The position numbers and the translations under genes are program-made. A model generated the notes under the pieces. It saw nothing but the letters and a program-made list of their open reading frames with translations, was not told the origin of the DNA and ran no database searches. Shown here piece after piece: positions 63,771 to 64,000 of a DNA stretch of 64,000 nucleotides (position 1 is its first letter; each line of letters starts with the position of its first letter). Origin of the DNA: a virus; the IMG/VR virus record IMGVR_UViG_3300049855_000474, positions 64,001-128,000 of that record; one strand, written 5' to 3'.

Positions 63771-64000
63771 TAACGTAATTGACCTGAACAAGGTTTGGTG
63801 GGAAAGACAATTGGCTGGTATCAACGACCAAGCAGAGCAAGTAGAGAATGCTATCTACGAGGTGCTGGACCAAGGATTCGATTGCGAATATGAGCCTGGA
63901 GAAATCCAGTCGTTCATAGGACTTAACAACTTCCGTACTCTAGGTGAGAAGTCTGTATGGACAGCTCTCACCTTCTACATGGATAGGAAGCCTATCTTTG
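63751..64000 (+). CDS. Partial CDS running off the window
   Basis: ATG 63751, MKYTPPNNVIDLNKVWWERQL..., open to the edge. Confidence 0.5.
   Translation, partial: MKYTPPNNVIDLNKVWWERQLAGINDQAEQVENAIYEVLDQGFDCEYEPGEIQSFIGLNNFRTLGEKSVWTALTFYMDRKPIF

Overview
This window is 64 kb of a large (jumbo-type) tailed phage genome. Genes run almost entirely on the minus strand from 1 to 42935 and almost entirely on the plus strand from 42967 to 64000. The virion and packaging genes are a portal protein (runs off the left edge and is missing from the ORF track), a major capsid protein, neck-like proteins, a long block of fibre/decoration proteins, and a terminase large subunit with a candidate small subunit. 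Replication and nucleotide genes are a class II ribonucleotide reductase carrying an HNH intein that ends in Gln, dCTP deaminase, a DnaG-type primase, a Cas4-like nuclease, an SSB-like protein, RecA, a divergent topoisomerase IA and a RuvC-like resolvase. The window also encodes a tubulin/FtsZ-family GTPase, a sigma70-family factor and free-standing homing-type endonucleases. From memory the capsid, portal and neck proteins resemble PaBG/Lu11/Y3-type jumbo phages; I could not check this by search. The most unusual observations are: (1) a RuvC gene cut by a 9-nt stop-containing insert directly after its catalytic DPG motif; (2) a ~300-nt highly structured RNA about 700 nt downstream of that site; (3) several catalytically eroded copies or fragments of core proteins (RNR, a terminase linker fragment, thioredoxin, STAS, TopA); (4) a sigma factor lacking region 4.2 together with a TGTAAA motif 8-12 nt before many start codons; (5) shared peptide motifs or domains that may load or dock proteins on the capsid. 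I found no tRNA, rRNA or CRISPR array. All calls come from motif recognition by eye; no database searches were run.
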